From Lama glama (taxonomy: Eukaryota): DNA of 64,000 nt. The DNA is taken from positions 97,094,001-97,158,000 of the forward strand of contig CM052816.1 in the NCBI GenBank assembly GCA_028534125.1, in the 5' to 3' direction. The position numbers and the translations under genes were made by a program. This document shows positions 22,176 through 35,354 of this stretch, piece after piece (the stretch's first letter is position 1; each line of letters begins with the position of its first letter). The notes below the pieces were generated by a model, which saw nothing but the letters and a program-made list of their open reading frames with translations, was not told where the DNA came from and did no database searches.

Positions 22176-25100
22176 GACAGTTCACCCTGCGTCTCCTAGA
22201 TGAGCAGAGATGTGCTGCCTGGATTTAGGGCAACGGGGGCCTAGATTCACTTGCGGGTCATGTCACTTTGCCCTTCTCCTTTCTCCTGGGGTTGTCAAGA
22301 ATGCCTGGAGATGAGAGATAATGAAACGCAAGACTGAACTGGCAGTTTGGATAGGCGGGCCGGTTTTAACCACCTGGGGTTCAAGTCCAGTCAAACATCT
22401 TCAAGTTGACACTCTCGCATTGTCCTCTGAACTCTTGTCCCAGAACACCTAGGCTGTTGATGCTGAAAGGGGTCTGATGCGTCATCTCATTCCATGGTCT
22501 TCAAGTAAGAATGCCTGGGAGAGTCACCAGTGGGGCTTTCAAGGAAATGCGACCCAGGCCTCCCCACTGACCAGCTGAACCCTGCCCCTGGTGTGGGCTC
22601 CAAGCCTGGGCAGCTTTTTGAAAAGCTCCATGGGTTATCCTGCTGTGCAGCCTTCATTAAGAACCACAGGACAAACAAGGACATGGAAGTTCAGGGGAGC
22701 TGGGAGACACACCAAGCCTCCTGCTGGAGTCCTGGTCGGGCACTCTGCAGGCTCCGAGGGCTGCTGGGGGCTCGGACTGCAGGCTGCAAACCCTCAGAGA
22801 AACACCAAGGGTGAGTGGGGACCTCTGAGCCCCTGGTCCCTGGCTCTGGGATTCCACAAGACTGCACCTGAGAATCAGGGGAACCTCACAAATAAGAAGC
22901 TTTACAAATTCATTAGAGCCACTGAAACCTGCAGGGCTTAGAGCCCTGCCCTAAATAAACTCACGTGAGGTTCCCTCAGGTCTTCTGGTTGGGCTTGGGG
23001 CCAGAGAGGACCACAAGCTGATTGGTTGATGACCTGAGCTTCTTTTCTACTTCTAGAGGATCTGAGGGTGGGGGTAGGGCAGATGGGAAGCCTCTGAGGA
23101 GAGTTTGGAATTCAGGGTCTAGCACAGGTGACTCTCATCCAGCACACAGCTGCCAAGAAGCACTGATGAGCTTTGAAACTGGAAGGAAGCGTAGATGGCA
23201 TTCGGCGTTCACTCACATGTAACCATTCTGCCCAAAGAGCTCAAGTAATGGAAGAACAATCACTAAGCAACTGCATTTCTGTGCCCACTGTCCTTTTCAG
23301 TTTATTGAGTGGGACTAGTTTTTCCCCAACTCTGGATGAAAACTGGGAACAACGTCATGACACTTCTTGTTCTTCATGGGTAATATGAGTCCCCTCGTCA
23401 ATAATTTAAGTGTCTAGGCCAACAAGAAGGCAAAAATCAGATCCCGACTGAATGTCTGGCCCTCGACCTCCCCAGCGTGGGCCTGCGGCGGGGGGGTGTC
23501 TGCAGGGTGGGAGGGGCAGGGTTGGCTTCTACTCTCTCTCCTCCTCATGCTTCCACCCTGACCCTCCCCAGCTCATTGGCCAGGTTTTCCAAAGCACCCA
23601 GGGGTGGAGAACAGAGGAAGAAGGAAGTGTCTGTTGGAGAAGGGAAGTGTCCCATTAGCTGCATCACCTTCCCTGGGAACCTAACTCTGGTGAATAATTT
23701 CCTGGGTGACTGAAGACTTCTTGTCACTTCCCCCCATCCCAGGATTTCTGGCTGAGGTTCCCCTGATGTGGACGATGCACTCCCCGCCTACTCGTGACCT
23801 CTCTCGCTGCCCCCAGCTCTCAGGTTAGTCTTCTAGCTTCTCTGCTGTGGCCCGTTCATCTCTCCAAGCAGCTTTGTTAAACAGTATTTAAAATGACCCC
23901 ATGCCAACTCTCTCTCTCTTGCTCAATCCCTGGGAACATTCAGTGTGCTTTGCCCTCTGAAACCCTCACAGTCCCATAACATCCCCTCCTGCAGCCCCCA
24001 ACTCTCTTGTCCTGGACCTTCAATCAGTCCCCGCCCCCTGCATTTCCCACCTGTCAGGAGCCTGCCTGTCATCTATGTCCCCCAGATGGAGCTGATTCCC
24101 TAGGACTACACAGGGATGCAAGGTGCAAGGTACACATCCCAAGCTAAGCGGGTCTGGTCCATTCACGAGGTAAGAGGTGAAGGGGCGATTCCCACGGTCC
24201 TGCTAGGTGCGGGCTACATTCTGTCCAAAATCCACCTTTCAGCCTCTACCCTCCTGGCTCTCGTGTCTCTGAGAGCGAAGGGCTGAGACTTGCACAGCGC
24301 TTGCATCTGTAAATTCCGCACACTGCTGAGCGCCCCCTTGGGAATATGAAACCTACTGTCTCTTGGGGTCACAGGCTGACACCCAAGAGCCTGACAGAGC
24401 CCCACCCCCCACCATGAGGAACTGCCGCGTGCCAGGCTTCACACCAGGTGTCAAGGACACAGAGGACACTTCAAGCCCTGCCTTAAAGAGCTTACACTCT
24501 AGCTGGAGAGAGCGAGCAGGTAAGAGAACAGGAGAACAAAGTGTGACGAGTGCTGCTGACTCCAGCCGTGGAGATGTCTGCTCCGTGTGCCCTAGGAAAC
24601 TGCCAGGACCACCGCCAGTGCTCAGGGCTCCAAACTCCAGGGCCAGCGCTTTCTCTTGCTGACTCAGGCCATAGTGAGGAGGCGTTCCCACCTGTCATGC
24701 TACCCCCAGGTGGCCTGGGTGCTAACTGCTGGGCACCCCATCCCCAGTTGTCAGCCAATGCCTAGTTTATTCAGGGGAGTCAGATAGTTAGAAAGCATTA
24801 AAGCATCTCTTAAGACCCATGGCGCTCTAGCCTGGCTCTGTAAGGAACGGGTTAAGGGACCCGCCTGGGTGCTGGGGGTGGGAGGGTTTGCTGGGAAGGG
24901 GAACTGTTTTGGATTCCCCCCGGACCCCAGTGACATCTGCGTCTTGTTCTGATCAAGCTTCAGATCTCCTGGAATGAGGCTGCTTGGCTCCAAATCACAC
25001 ACAATCCTTACCCCTGGGGACTCAGCCGAAGGACCAGTGGTGACACAAGCGCAGTCTTTTCAACAAGTGATGAGAGCTAGCTTGGACGTGTGCTCAAGGG

Positions 25101-28100
25101 GCCTCTCAGACACATTTCTGCCAGGACACAGCAGTCCTGGGAGGCGGCTTTGTAATCCAGCGGGCGCCATCTGGACGCACAGAGCTCTGGCCCTGGGGCT
25201 GGAATGGCCTGTGGGCCTGGACCTGGCCAGGATGGTCAGCCGCTGATGGAGAAGCTTGAGAAAGTTCTGCGTAAAACAAATGGCCTGGGGCAGGAAGAAA
25301 GCCACCTGCTAACAGCAGCAGCTCTCTGCCGCCCACAGGCCTGGAACACAGGCGCAGTGAACACCTTTAAATCAAAATAAATACCTTTCTGGAGTTATTG
25401 CGATTAAATCATTCTTCCCTTCCTATTTCTGAAGGGAAACAAGTTTCCTCTGTATGTGCCTGCAGAGGGCAGGAGAATCAAGAGGACACACCAGAAGGCT
25501 CTTTGTTAAAGGTAGGTCCTGCCTGAGGTCATGTGTCATGTTTCCAAGGAATGTTCCAGAAAACCACAGAACGTTCACCTTTACTGGGGGACTGAAAGCT
25601 GAGCCCCCGTCTACCACATGCTCTAAAAATAACCCTGGTCTGGTCTCTGCATTCAGAAGTGGTGAGAACTCAGCCCGCCCCACGGACAAGGAGCTGAGGC
25701 GGTGGGTGCTGGCGGGTGCGGATACGGGGCAAAGTGATTATGTCCTTGGTTGTCCACTCTGCTCAGGCCCTGAAATCTGGTGGGAAGATGTCTTCCTTGA
25801 CAGCTACTGACAAATTCCAGGGCGCAGTGATTCTCAAGTTTTGCGGAAGTCTGGGGCACTTGTTTAAAAGATTACTAAAACTGTTTGCCGCATGCCAGGA
25901 ACTCACTGCTCTAAGACTTTGAGTGAATTACTGCCTTTAAAATTGTTACAGCCTTTGTGAGGATGGGGCCCGAGGTCCCACCGCTAGGAAGTGCTGGGCC
26001 TGGGACAAGAGCTTTGCTCTCAACTGCCAAGTGGGGCCCAGCAGGTGAGGAAGGCCGGCGAGGGCCCAGGAAGGGCACTTTCAGTGGGTGCCTCAGGCAT
26101 CCCTTTATTGGCGAAGCCCCACCCCTAGGAGTAAGGACCTCTGTTGTCCCCAGCATTGGTTGCACTCTGCCACACCCAGTTTGGGTCTAGACTCCTCCAG
26201 GAATGATGCTCCTTCAGGGACTGCACGTTCAACAGTAAGTAGAACTTCCCCTCCAGGAAGCCTTAGGGGGGTGGGGTAGGGGGAGGAGAGAGAGTTGGGC
26301 ACGTCTCTTTGGCTCTGACACTGCGGGAGAGACCTCAGCACCTTTTAGTTTCAGGAGGCAAACACCTTCAGCCTGCCTAGCCTGGGATCACTGGGTCAGA
26401 GAAGTGGGTTTTTCTGCCCAGGGACCAAGCCCACCGTGGACAGGAAGGGGTGACCGTGACAGAAGTTAGGCAGCCAGCCCGTTGGGAAGCCAGAGGGATG
26501 GGACAGGAGTTTGCTATGCACTCAAAGGAGTCTCTTTTTAATAACTTTGTCATAAGTATTTTGGGGAAAATAAAAACCAAAGCAGAAACAAAACCCTCCC
26601 TTCTGAGACTCGCGGTGGGAGCTCTCAGACCCTTGAGGCAGTGGGATAGTGACTCTCCCCCTAGGCCCTCTGTGATGGGCTCTCTGCTGCAGCCAGGACT
26701 TCCCCACGGGGATCGGAGCGACAGCATCTCCTTCAGGACCTGCGTGCTCTTCAGCGCCTGGAGGGCAACGCTGCCCTGCTGAGCGCGCAGGGCCTTGCGG
26801 CAGACAGCGGTGCTGCCCTGTCATTTTTCAATCCCCAACATTTGCAGTGGCTGCTTGAGTAGCTCCCCACTTTCCAACTCCCAAATATTTCACCCGACCA
26901 ACAAAAACTGGCAGTAAAACATGGCAAGTCACAGCTCAGGGGAGCTCTGTGTCATCTGCAGCCCACGGCTGTGCAGAATGAAGACATCACTTGAAGGAGG
27001 GTCTCACGGGTCTGATGCCCCCAGTGGAAGGATCAGCACGTGTTGCTCTCCCCTCCCGAGCAATGTCAGGGCAGCAGCTAGAGAATGCAAACCTAATGCT
27101 GCCCAGGGAGTCGAGGGACCCTGAGCAAGACCGGAGACCCCTAGTGTGCTGTTAGGGAACCCGGAGCTGTTTGAGGCAATAAGAGTACGAAAAGCTTTGA
27201 AACTGAGCCCCTGTCCATTTTTCTGCAGAGCAGCAGGCTGCCTGGGTCAGGGCTGTGTTTCCTGAATGAAGGAACAAGCCGTCTTCACAAACCACAGCTG
27301 GGAGCCCGGTGAACGGTGCTGATGTCTGCAGGGGGGTCAGTGTAGTGCCTAAAGTCAGGGTCACGTGCGCACACAGGCGTGATGTGGTCATGGACCAGGC
27401 CCCCAAGGAATTCGCCTCCTTTATCTGACAAATGAGGCAACAGAGTACAGAGCTGGTTTCATCAAAATGTGCTGATTCCTACTCTGTCCCGGAAAAGTTG
27501 CCCCGTTGCCTGAGCGAGCAGCGAGGTGGAGCCTGGTCCAGGCTGCAAACCCGCTGCGCAGCCCTGCGCCCACTCTGCAGCCATCTGGGTGGTGGCGGGA
27601 GCCCACTGGCTGGTGGAGGCTGTAGGAGATGCTGTGCTTGTGTTTTAATTATTAAAATAGCATCACTGATGAGGGAACTTGGAAGGAATGGTCACCTCCG
27701 CCTTGGGGCACCCAAGAGTTGTGTTAGTGGCATAAGGGTCACTGGCCTGGTGCACAGTAGGGCCACTCAGTAAGCGGATGAGTCCTGGGTGCTTTGGGGC
27801 TAAGCTCCCTGCCAAGTGTGTCCCACCCATGTTGACCTAAGACTCTGGGTCCTGCCCTGTCAAATGCCTGCCTCTGCTGGAGTGACACTTGGTGTGACAG
27901 CACCATGTCAATGTCCCACACTCTACCTAAGAATTGCACAAAGAAAGGCACAGTTCTCCTCTGATGGAGGCGGAGGTGGGGCTCATGCCGGGACGCAGAG
28001 GCCCCAGTTCCCACGGCAGAAAATGCTGGGATGAAGATTCGCACCCATGCTGTCCACCTCTAGGTTCTACTTTCCATCCTACGTGCCTTTCCGTATGATT

Positions 28101-29734
28101 TCCCAGATGCCTGCTTAGAGTAAGTCAAGCAAACAGGAAAGAATGGAGAGAAACAGAGATTTCCCTGGTCTGGACAAGGGAGATGTCAGGAGTGGGCAGG
28201 AGAGGCTGCCAAGCCCTGAATGGCTGAACACGGGGCCTTTCAAGGTCTCGAACAAGATGCTTTCTCGGTATCTGGACAGAAGCAGCCCCTCGCAGCCTGA
28301 AATGGTCTTTTCCTCCTCCTCCCCAATCTCCCTAGTTTCCAGCACCTTCTTTTCAGTTCGGAAGTCACTTGCTCACGGTGGGGGCCCTTCTGGACTCCTG
28401 CACGTACACAGCCAGAGCCTCTGGAGAAGACAGGATTCCTGCCCTCTCCTGGGGATGTGGCCTTCTTGTCCTGTTCATCTCGCATCCAGGTCCACACCAG
28501 CCTGACTACAGGGCAGGGGCAACATTAGGCACCTGCTGAACTTACAAACCAAATTGACAGCTAGACATATAGACACAGAGAAGCTCTTATTTTGCTAATG
28601 AAAACAGATGGTTCCTTCCTAATAGATGCAGTGATTTCATCATCTGGGACCAACAGGTAAGTTGATGAATAAGGTACAGAACGCAGAAAACCCCAGGAAA
28701 AGAGATAGGGAAGTGAACAGGCCACAGACAGACCGGCTGGGGCCCCTGGACTGGCTCCCAGGAAGACCAGAGTGATAATGTCCAGCCCCTCACAGTTCAC
28801 CTGGCACTTTCTTCTAATGCCAACTTTACAGAAAAATGCCTAATGCGAACGGCTACAGAAAAGTACTGTTGCAAGCCTTCTCGCTCGAGGCTGCTTTGTA
28901 CATCAGAGTAATCAAGGTTAAGCGTATCTATTAACGAGTTCGTCTGTCTATAGGTTTCTGGGTCCCTCATGCACTCCCCATCCTCACTGAACATTTCCTG
29001 AGAACACAGGCTGCACCTCACCCACCTCTGAAACTCCACAGTACCAAACACAGGTCTTTCACTCAAGGGATGTTCAAAGACGCGTTTCTTAAATGAACAG
29101 AGTCACACTGTAGATACAGCCGCTGACTCTTGTAATTTAGTAACATTAAAGAAAACTCATGACATTTCATAAGCCATTTCAACATCGAATCGACATGCTA
29201 ACCTTTCCAACTCTAGTTAAATATCCATTCTTTCAGATGCTCTGTGAAATTCCCATTTCCATCCATTCATTTGATATGCTCTCGTGTGGCTAGCTCCTTA
29301 ATTCTGTCCCTCTCCTATCTCTGAAGTTCTAAGACCCTTATAAGGCTCTCAGGGAGGTGGTGAGCAGTGAAACGGTGGGGGTGGGGGTTCATGATGTGAT
29401 TCTGTCTCTTGACTTGGGCTTCGATGGCCTGCTGCTAAGGAGGTGTCCTCTCACACCAGGTAGAGGGCGGTGGCCAATTTGGGAACATATCTGGAACCTC
29501 AGTGCCTCAAATGGCGCATTCAGAACTTTACATGATTGGGGAAGAAAAACAAGAAGAGTGAATCAGCTTCATGATTAGAGGTTCAGAGGCGATTCTAACT
29601 CGCATTTTCTTCTGATGTCTATACGGCCAATCAGTGTCCTTCTGGAGACGGACCCATTCAGGCCAATGTTGGACATTTTTAACATGGAGGTGTTTAAAGT
29701 GCCACAGGCCTCTGGGTCACTGCCAGCAGCCTCC

Positions 29735-29908
29735 GCCCCAGCCAGCCCACGCCCTTCCCTGGTCACAGCCCCTCCCCACGGGCCCCAGGCCCTCCCCGGC
29801 CCCGCCTCTCCACTTGCCCCGCCCCTCTGCCAGCCCCACCTCTCCTCACTGGCCCCTCCTCTCCCTCCCACTGGCCCCGCCCTCCCTGTCAGCCCCGCCC
29901 CTCCCCGT
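29735..29908 (-). repeat. Degenerate G-run tandem array with GC boxes, just downstream of the exon 20 donor
   Basis: The transcript strand has more than 20 runs of GGG/GGGG, including GGGGCGGGGC at 29816-29825 and 29892-29901. Confidence 0.8.
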
Positions 29909-29926
29909 CTACTCCGCCTCTCTCAC

Positions 29927-30085
29927 CTCATTCTTCAGGCTCCGGGCCAGGAAGTGCTCAGCCACGTGCGCAGGGAGCACGTTCTCCAGCAGCACGCGGT
30001 TCAAGTTCTCCATGGTTTCTATCTCCTCCCGCTCTTTTTTGAACTTGTTCTTCCATAAGAAGTCTAACCTACAGTAATATTCATT
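29927..30085 (-). CDS. ADCY2: ADCY2 exon 20 equivalent (helical linker before C2)
   Basis: NEYYCRLDFLWKNKFKKEREEIETMENLNRVLLENVLPAHVAEHFLARSLKNE. AG at 30086-30087, GT at 29925-29926; 159 nt. Confidence 0.98.
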
Positions 30086-31003
30086 CTGTTACAAGAGGAC
30101 ACAGAGGTAAAGAAACAATAGGCATCTTGTCCTGCCAGAGAGTGGAGGTTTTAAAGAGAAAATAAAAAGAATGAAATAAAACCTAAAAAAGGACCCCCCC
30201 AAACAGAATTGTCACCCTCCCTGCCAAGCCCTCTGTTCCCCCCAGATCTCTCTCATTAACCCTGTAACATGGATTTGCAAAATGCAAATTAGAGAGAGAA
30301 CCAGCCTCAGAAACAGAAAATAGCTATCCTGGAAGCTTGAAAGCAAAAACGACAGGAAAACTTCTTACATAGTTATGTTAATAAGTGGTGGCTTGAATTA
30401 ATTTTTGAAAAGAGGCATGATAGAATATAAATAATGAATAAATGAAAAAAAGAAAGCACATTAGCAGAGAGAGTGCATTGTTTCACGATTTGCATTTAAA
30501 AATAATAGTGTCATTTGTGGCACTTTGCCTTTAATATCTGAAAATCAGTTTTCCACTACCACAAATTATATAATTAAGTCTTCATTGAAAAGTATGTTTT
30601 TTCATTTGGGATTGCATTATACTGAGAGAATGACATTATATTTAGAAAAAAGTTCATTTTGATATCATTTAATTAAGATGGTGCCTGCTAGTAAAAATGT
30701 ATGTGTTCATGCTTTACGATGTATTAAAATTCAGTGTTTAAAAAAACTAGCTGTTATTAACATTGGAGAAATAGAGAGGCCCATTTACCGTCACAGGGTC
30801 TCTTTGGTTTGGCATCATTCTGTGCCTGCTATGATGTATGTAATTTAATATAATGAAATAGCCTTGAATGAATCTTCCTGTAACAGAAGGGGCGAATAGA
30901 GAGGGTGTATTTCAGAACAGATAGTAAGTTACTGACAAATAAATGCAAAGAAGAACTAAATGCAGGGAGTTTGATTGGTTTGATGAGTTACACCAATGAC
31001 AGC

Positions 31004-31503
31004 NNNNNNNNNNNNNNNNNNNNNNNNNNNNNNNNNNNNNNNNNNNNNNNNNNNNNNNNNNNNNNNNNNNNNNNNNNNNNNNNNNNNNNNNNNNNNNNNN
31101 NNNNNNNNNNNNNNNNNNNNNNNNNNNNNNNNNNNNNNNNNNNNNNNNNNNNNNNNNNNNNNNNNNNNNNNNNNNNNNNNNNNNNNNNNNNNNNNNNNNN
31201 NNNNNNNNNNNNNNNNNNNNNNNNNNNNNNNNNNNNNNNNNNNNNNNNNNNNNNNNNNNNNNNNNNNNNNNNNNNNNNNNNNNNNNNNNNNNNNNNNNNN
31301 NNNNNNNNNNNNNNNNNNNNNNNNNNNNNNNNNNNNNNNNNNNNNNNNNNNNNNNNNNNNNNNNNNNNNNNNNNNNNNNNNNNNNNNNNNNNNNNNNNNN
31401 NNNNNNNNNNNNNNNNNNNNNNNNNNNNNNNNNNNNNNNNNNNNNNNNNNNNNNNNNNNNNNNNNNNNNNNNNNNNNNNNNNNNNNNNNNNNNNNNNNNN
31501 NNN
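31004..31503. other. Assembly gap (500 N)
   Basis: Exactly 500 N. Confidence 0.99.
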
Positions 31504-31970
31504 ATAATAGATTATTTATTTGGATTTCTTTTTTGGATAAATCAAAGTGGTGTGGCTGGTTTTAAACTAAAATGACAAAAGCAATCTAGGGTGGTGGCAC
31601 TGAGAAGACACAGGTATGCACTGAAGATCAGACAAAAATGAAACATGTGATGAAACCAAGGAGCCCGCTAAGGCAGGCAACAAACCGAATTCGTGTAGTG
31701 TAAGTCTGAAAGCTTTCCATAAGCCATGCTGAGTGGCTGAGGTCTCCCAAGTGCACCATCCCCTGCAAGCGTCCTGCAAGTCTCCTACCGAAGGAATCAG
31801 AGCACTTTGGGACCAGCCACATTGGACTGAATGGGACACTCCGCCAGATCTTTACCTCTTCTCTCTCCAGCCATTGCAGTCTGCTGTAGAGCCCTCTCCT
31901 TGATGTACAGCCACCTTAGAAACTCACGTGGAGTCCCCCGAAGGAAGACAAATGTTTATCCCAAACCAGT

Positions 31971-32160
31971 TGTAATGGATTTAATCATGTTCCCAAAAGA
32001 TAGTTTGAAGTTCCAACCCCCAGTAGCAGATGTAATTAACTCAAGGATCTCAGGATGGGATCATCCTGGATCTAGGGTGGGCTGTAAATCTGACGACGGT
32101 GTCCTTATAAGAGAAAGGAGAGGAGGGTCTGACCCAGACCCAGGAGAGGCTGTGTGAAGA
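31971..32160 (+). mobile_element. MaLR LTR fragment (MLT1-like)
   Basis: TGTAATGGATTTAATCATGTTCCCAAAAGATA...GATGGGATCATCCTGGATCTAGGGTGGGC...GTGTCCTTATAAGAGA. Confidence 0.7.
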
Positions 32161-32239
32161 GATCCAGGGAAAGGCGCTACCTCCATGACCGTGACTCAGA
32201 GCAAGAAAGAGCTCAAGAGGAGAGCTTTAAGGACTCTGT

Positions 32240-32396
32240 TTCTTTTTGTTATTTTTTGTTGTTGCTGTTTTTATAGGGGAGGAAGTAGTTAGGTTTACTT
32301 GTTTTATTTATTTTTAGAGGAGGTACCAGGGATTGAACCCAGGACCCTGTGTATGCTAAGCATGTGCTCTACCACTTGAGCTATGCCCTCTCTCCT
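32240..32396 (-). mobile_element. tRNA-derived SINE, camelid vic-1-like, with a 20-bp target-site duplication
   Basis: Flanked by GAGAGCTTTAAGGACTCTGT (32220-32239) and GAGAGCTTCAAGGACTCTGT (32397-32416), 19/20 identical. Confidence 0.9.
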
Positions 32397-33159
32397 GAGA
32401 GCTTCAAGGACTCTGTGCCACTTCTACTCAAACAGCCACCCTGCTTCGTAACCCCCGGACCTCAAATCTCCCCCATCTCTCAGATTCTGTGTGCCGCTGC
32501 TCTCCCAATTCCCAGGGGCCCATGTCCCACTCAGGGATGCTGAATTTGCTCTTCATCAGCTGTGGCTTGATGGGTAAAGAGTAAGAAGAGTCTGGAAGAG
32601 GCATCCAGACCACATCTGGGACCCTGACGACCCTCACTGCTGTGTTTCACTTCCCAGCACAGCCCTGTCTCGTTCTGAGGAACTGAGCTTACATCTTTCT
32701 GCGTGGACAGAAGTGGTCCCCGGGCCAGGGTGCAGGCGGCATGTGATTCTGCTTTCTCTTGGATTCTCAACTCTTGCACACAACGACCTTGGCTTCACTC
32801 TCAGGCCACTCGACTGCCTGGTTCCGTATCCTGAGTGAGCCCACCTGTGACGCAGACCCTCGACGGCCGTGTGCTGCCCTTTGAACTTGGGTGAAATGTA
32901 GGGGATCTTTCTTTTTCAAGAGGCCCTTGAGTTGGCATTTCTACAGAAACTAGATTTCACTGCAGAGCGTGGTAGTCTAGGATATGTGTTACATTTTCAT
33001 TAAGGCTTCTTAAATATTTAGAGCAATATTTAGCACAGTAATTTTCTCCAACAGCAAGGACACTGCCATCATTTCAGAAAGGACGGTCATGGGGCAGGGG
33101 AGCCTTTAGGGCAAATGATAATGAAAATCAGTTGCAAAATGTCTGTACAATTCTTTAAA

Positions 33160-33302
33160 TTGTTTTTTTTTCCCCTAGGAGGGTGGTAATTAGGTTTACT
33201 TATTTAGTTTTAATTTTTTTTCTTAATGGAGGTACTGGGGATTGAACCCAGGACCTTGTGCATGCTAGGCGTGCACTCTACCACTGAGCTACACCCTCCC
33301 CC
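33160..33302 (-). mobile_element. tRNA-derived SINE, camelid vic-1-like
   Basis: Minus strand reads GGGGGAGGGTGTAGCTCAGTGGTAGAGTG...GGGTTCAATCCCCAGTACCTCC (pol III A and B boxes). Short CTTTAAA duplication at the flanks. Confidence 0.88.
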
Positions 33303-35269
33303 TTTAAAACAGATTCAGAAAATAAAATAACTCTAAGGCCATGAATTCTTTTGAAACTTGAAAACCTTATTTCAAATATCAGCTGTTCGTAATACAGTCA
33401 TGTTCCCAGAAGGGTGTCCAGAAGCACTAAATCACAGACTTCACAGTTCTTGTTGTCCCAGAAGACTTGGGACCTTAGAACCATTCACTTAATGATTTTG
33501 GACCGACAGTCAGCTCCTGGCCTCTTTTGGTATGTCCTCGGTGGGTGCTGGTTAAAGGACTGTGAACATACTACTCCTGCAAGAAGTCATAACTCTAGGT
33601 CTCAAGATGGACATATTACTTATCATCACATTAGTGATGAAAAAGGAATGGCTCCCTGTAAGGCTGGAATCAACACTATTGTGTTAAATTGATGCCCGAT
33701 CATAATATTGCATGCTTTTGATTATTTACCTTAAATCAATGAGAGAGCAACTGATCAGTGAGCAGCAGTGGGATTCAACATTTGTGTAGTGGCATGGCCT
33801 GTGTGTTACCTCGTGATCAATAACAAAGTTGGGAAAATTCAGTTTGATTCTAGGTAATTACAGTGTATTACTGTGAAGCATCCTGAGTGATGATGCTGGC
33901 AGGAGAGACCACAGCGTAAAGCAGGAGACTCTGCAGAGGGACGGCCATGCTGTCTCCCGAGGAATGATCCTCTAGGTGACATCCTGCAAGGAAGCCCAGT
34001 TCCTTCACATCACATTGTCGGGTTTCCAGAGGGAGGATGTGCCCTTTCTCTACGAGTGAATGCAGAAAGCTGACCAACAGTAGAGAAAGCCAGGTGGCCA
34101 GAGCAACAAAGGAAACCAAGAAAAAAGAACAGGACATGGTCTACAGGGTTAATTGAAAGATGCAGGCTGTCAGAACTCAAGCCAAAGAGCGCAGAACCAA
34201 ACGTCTGGGATGTCATGACAGGGGCCGAGATGGGGAGGGCGGGGGGAGACTGGGGTCCTCTAAGCTCTGCAGCAGGACCCTAGCGCTGCTCTAGGGAGGT
34301 TGTTAAGGGCTGCACTGTGGGCTTAAGATTGGTAAAGTCTGCACGGTGGGCTTCAAGGAAGGAAGACCCTTGCCCTGCCCAGCAAGATGGAAGGGGACAG
34401 CGTTCCCAGGTGCTGGACTGACTGTCACAGGTCTGGACTCTGCCTTGACTGTTCAATTATTAACAGATTCCTACTGGGGAGAAATGGAAGCCAGACCCAA
34501 ACTCCCAAGTTGATGGATTGCCTCTCAGATAATGTAACTGTTGAATGATGTGCACATAATTCAGTTGGCACTGCCTCCTCCTTGGTTATTTCCAAATAAA
34601 TCACTTCGCTGTTTCACACTGTCCATCAGAGAACTGAAAACAAACTTTAGTTGAAGCAGAGCCACCTGGGATGGGATGGGTCTTCAGTCTTGGGGTGACT
34701 GTCCTTGTTTTCGGGCAGAGAAAGAACATTGTCCTTGGAAGTCCTGCACCCATGGGCTCCACTGGGAGGCCAGAAGCAGGTGCAGAGCCCGAGGAGGAAG
34801 TTTCATTTGCATCACAAAATACAATTTCTGCACAGGGGACCATATTTCTAGGGAAAATTACAAGTGACAGCAAAGGTATTTAATACCCACTTCAGAGAAG
34901 CAGCAGCCATGCTTTCTGAAATGCAGATGAAAACCCCAGGCAAGGGGACATTGTTCCAATTAGCATCTGAGGGAATTCTTTCGTAGGCTTACAAAACCTA
35001 CATGTTTATTTTGAGACTTAACAGAAGTTCCCTGATTCGCACTTCTACTGTTCACAAAGTTTGCCTCTTAGGGAAAAAAATGAGAGACCTCTCCCCTTTA
35101 TCCAGATCCAAGCACACACCTTGCACTCCCCACTCGTCCCTTAGGTGATAGGGTGATGCCGATACCTCAACACTTGTTTGCATGGAAGTAAGGGCGACAA
35201 TGCCCATCAGCAAAGTGTTATTAATACAGCACTTTAGAGACGTTATATGAGAAAAAACAGACTTCTTAC

Positions 35270-35354
35270 CTGTCTACCCAGAACAAGCAGTGTGATGAAA
35301 AATATAAAGAGAGACACTGATCCCATGGTCTTAAGGTCTTTCCAAATGCCTGGT
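35270..35354 (-). CDS. ADCY2: ADCY2 exon 19 equivalent (last transmembrane helix)
   Basis: (R)PGIWKDLKTMGSVSLFIFFITLLVLGRQ. AG at 35355-35356, GT at 35268-35269; 85 nt. Completes the phase-2 Arg codon from the previous exon. Confidence 0.96.

Noticed and set aside
33225..33302. tRNA-like sequence with A and B boxes
   Set aside because: It is the head of a SINE followed by the family tail, not a tRNA gene.
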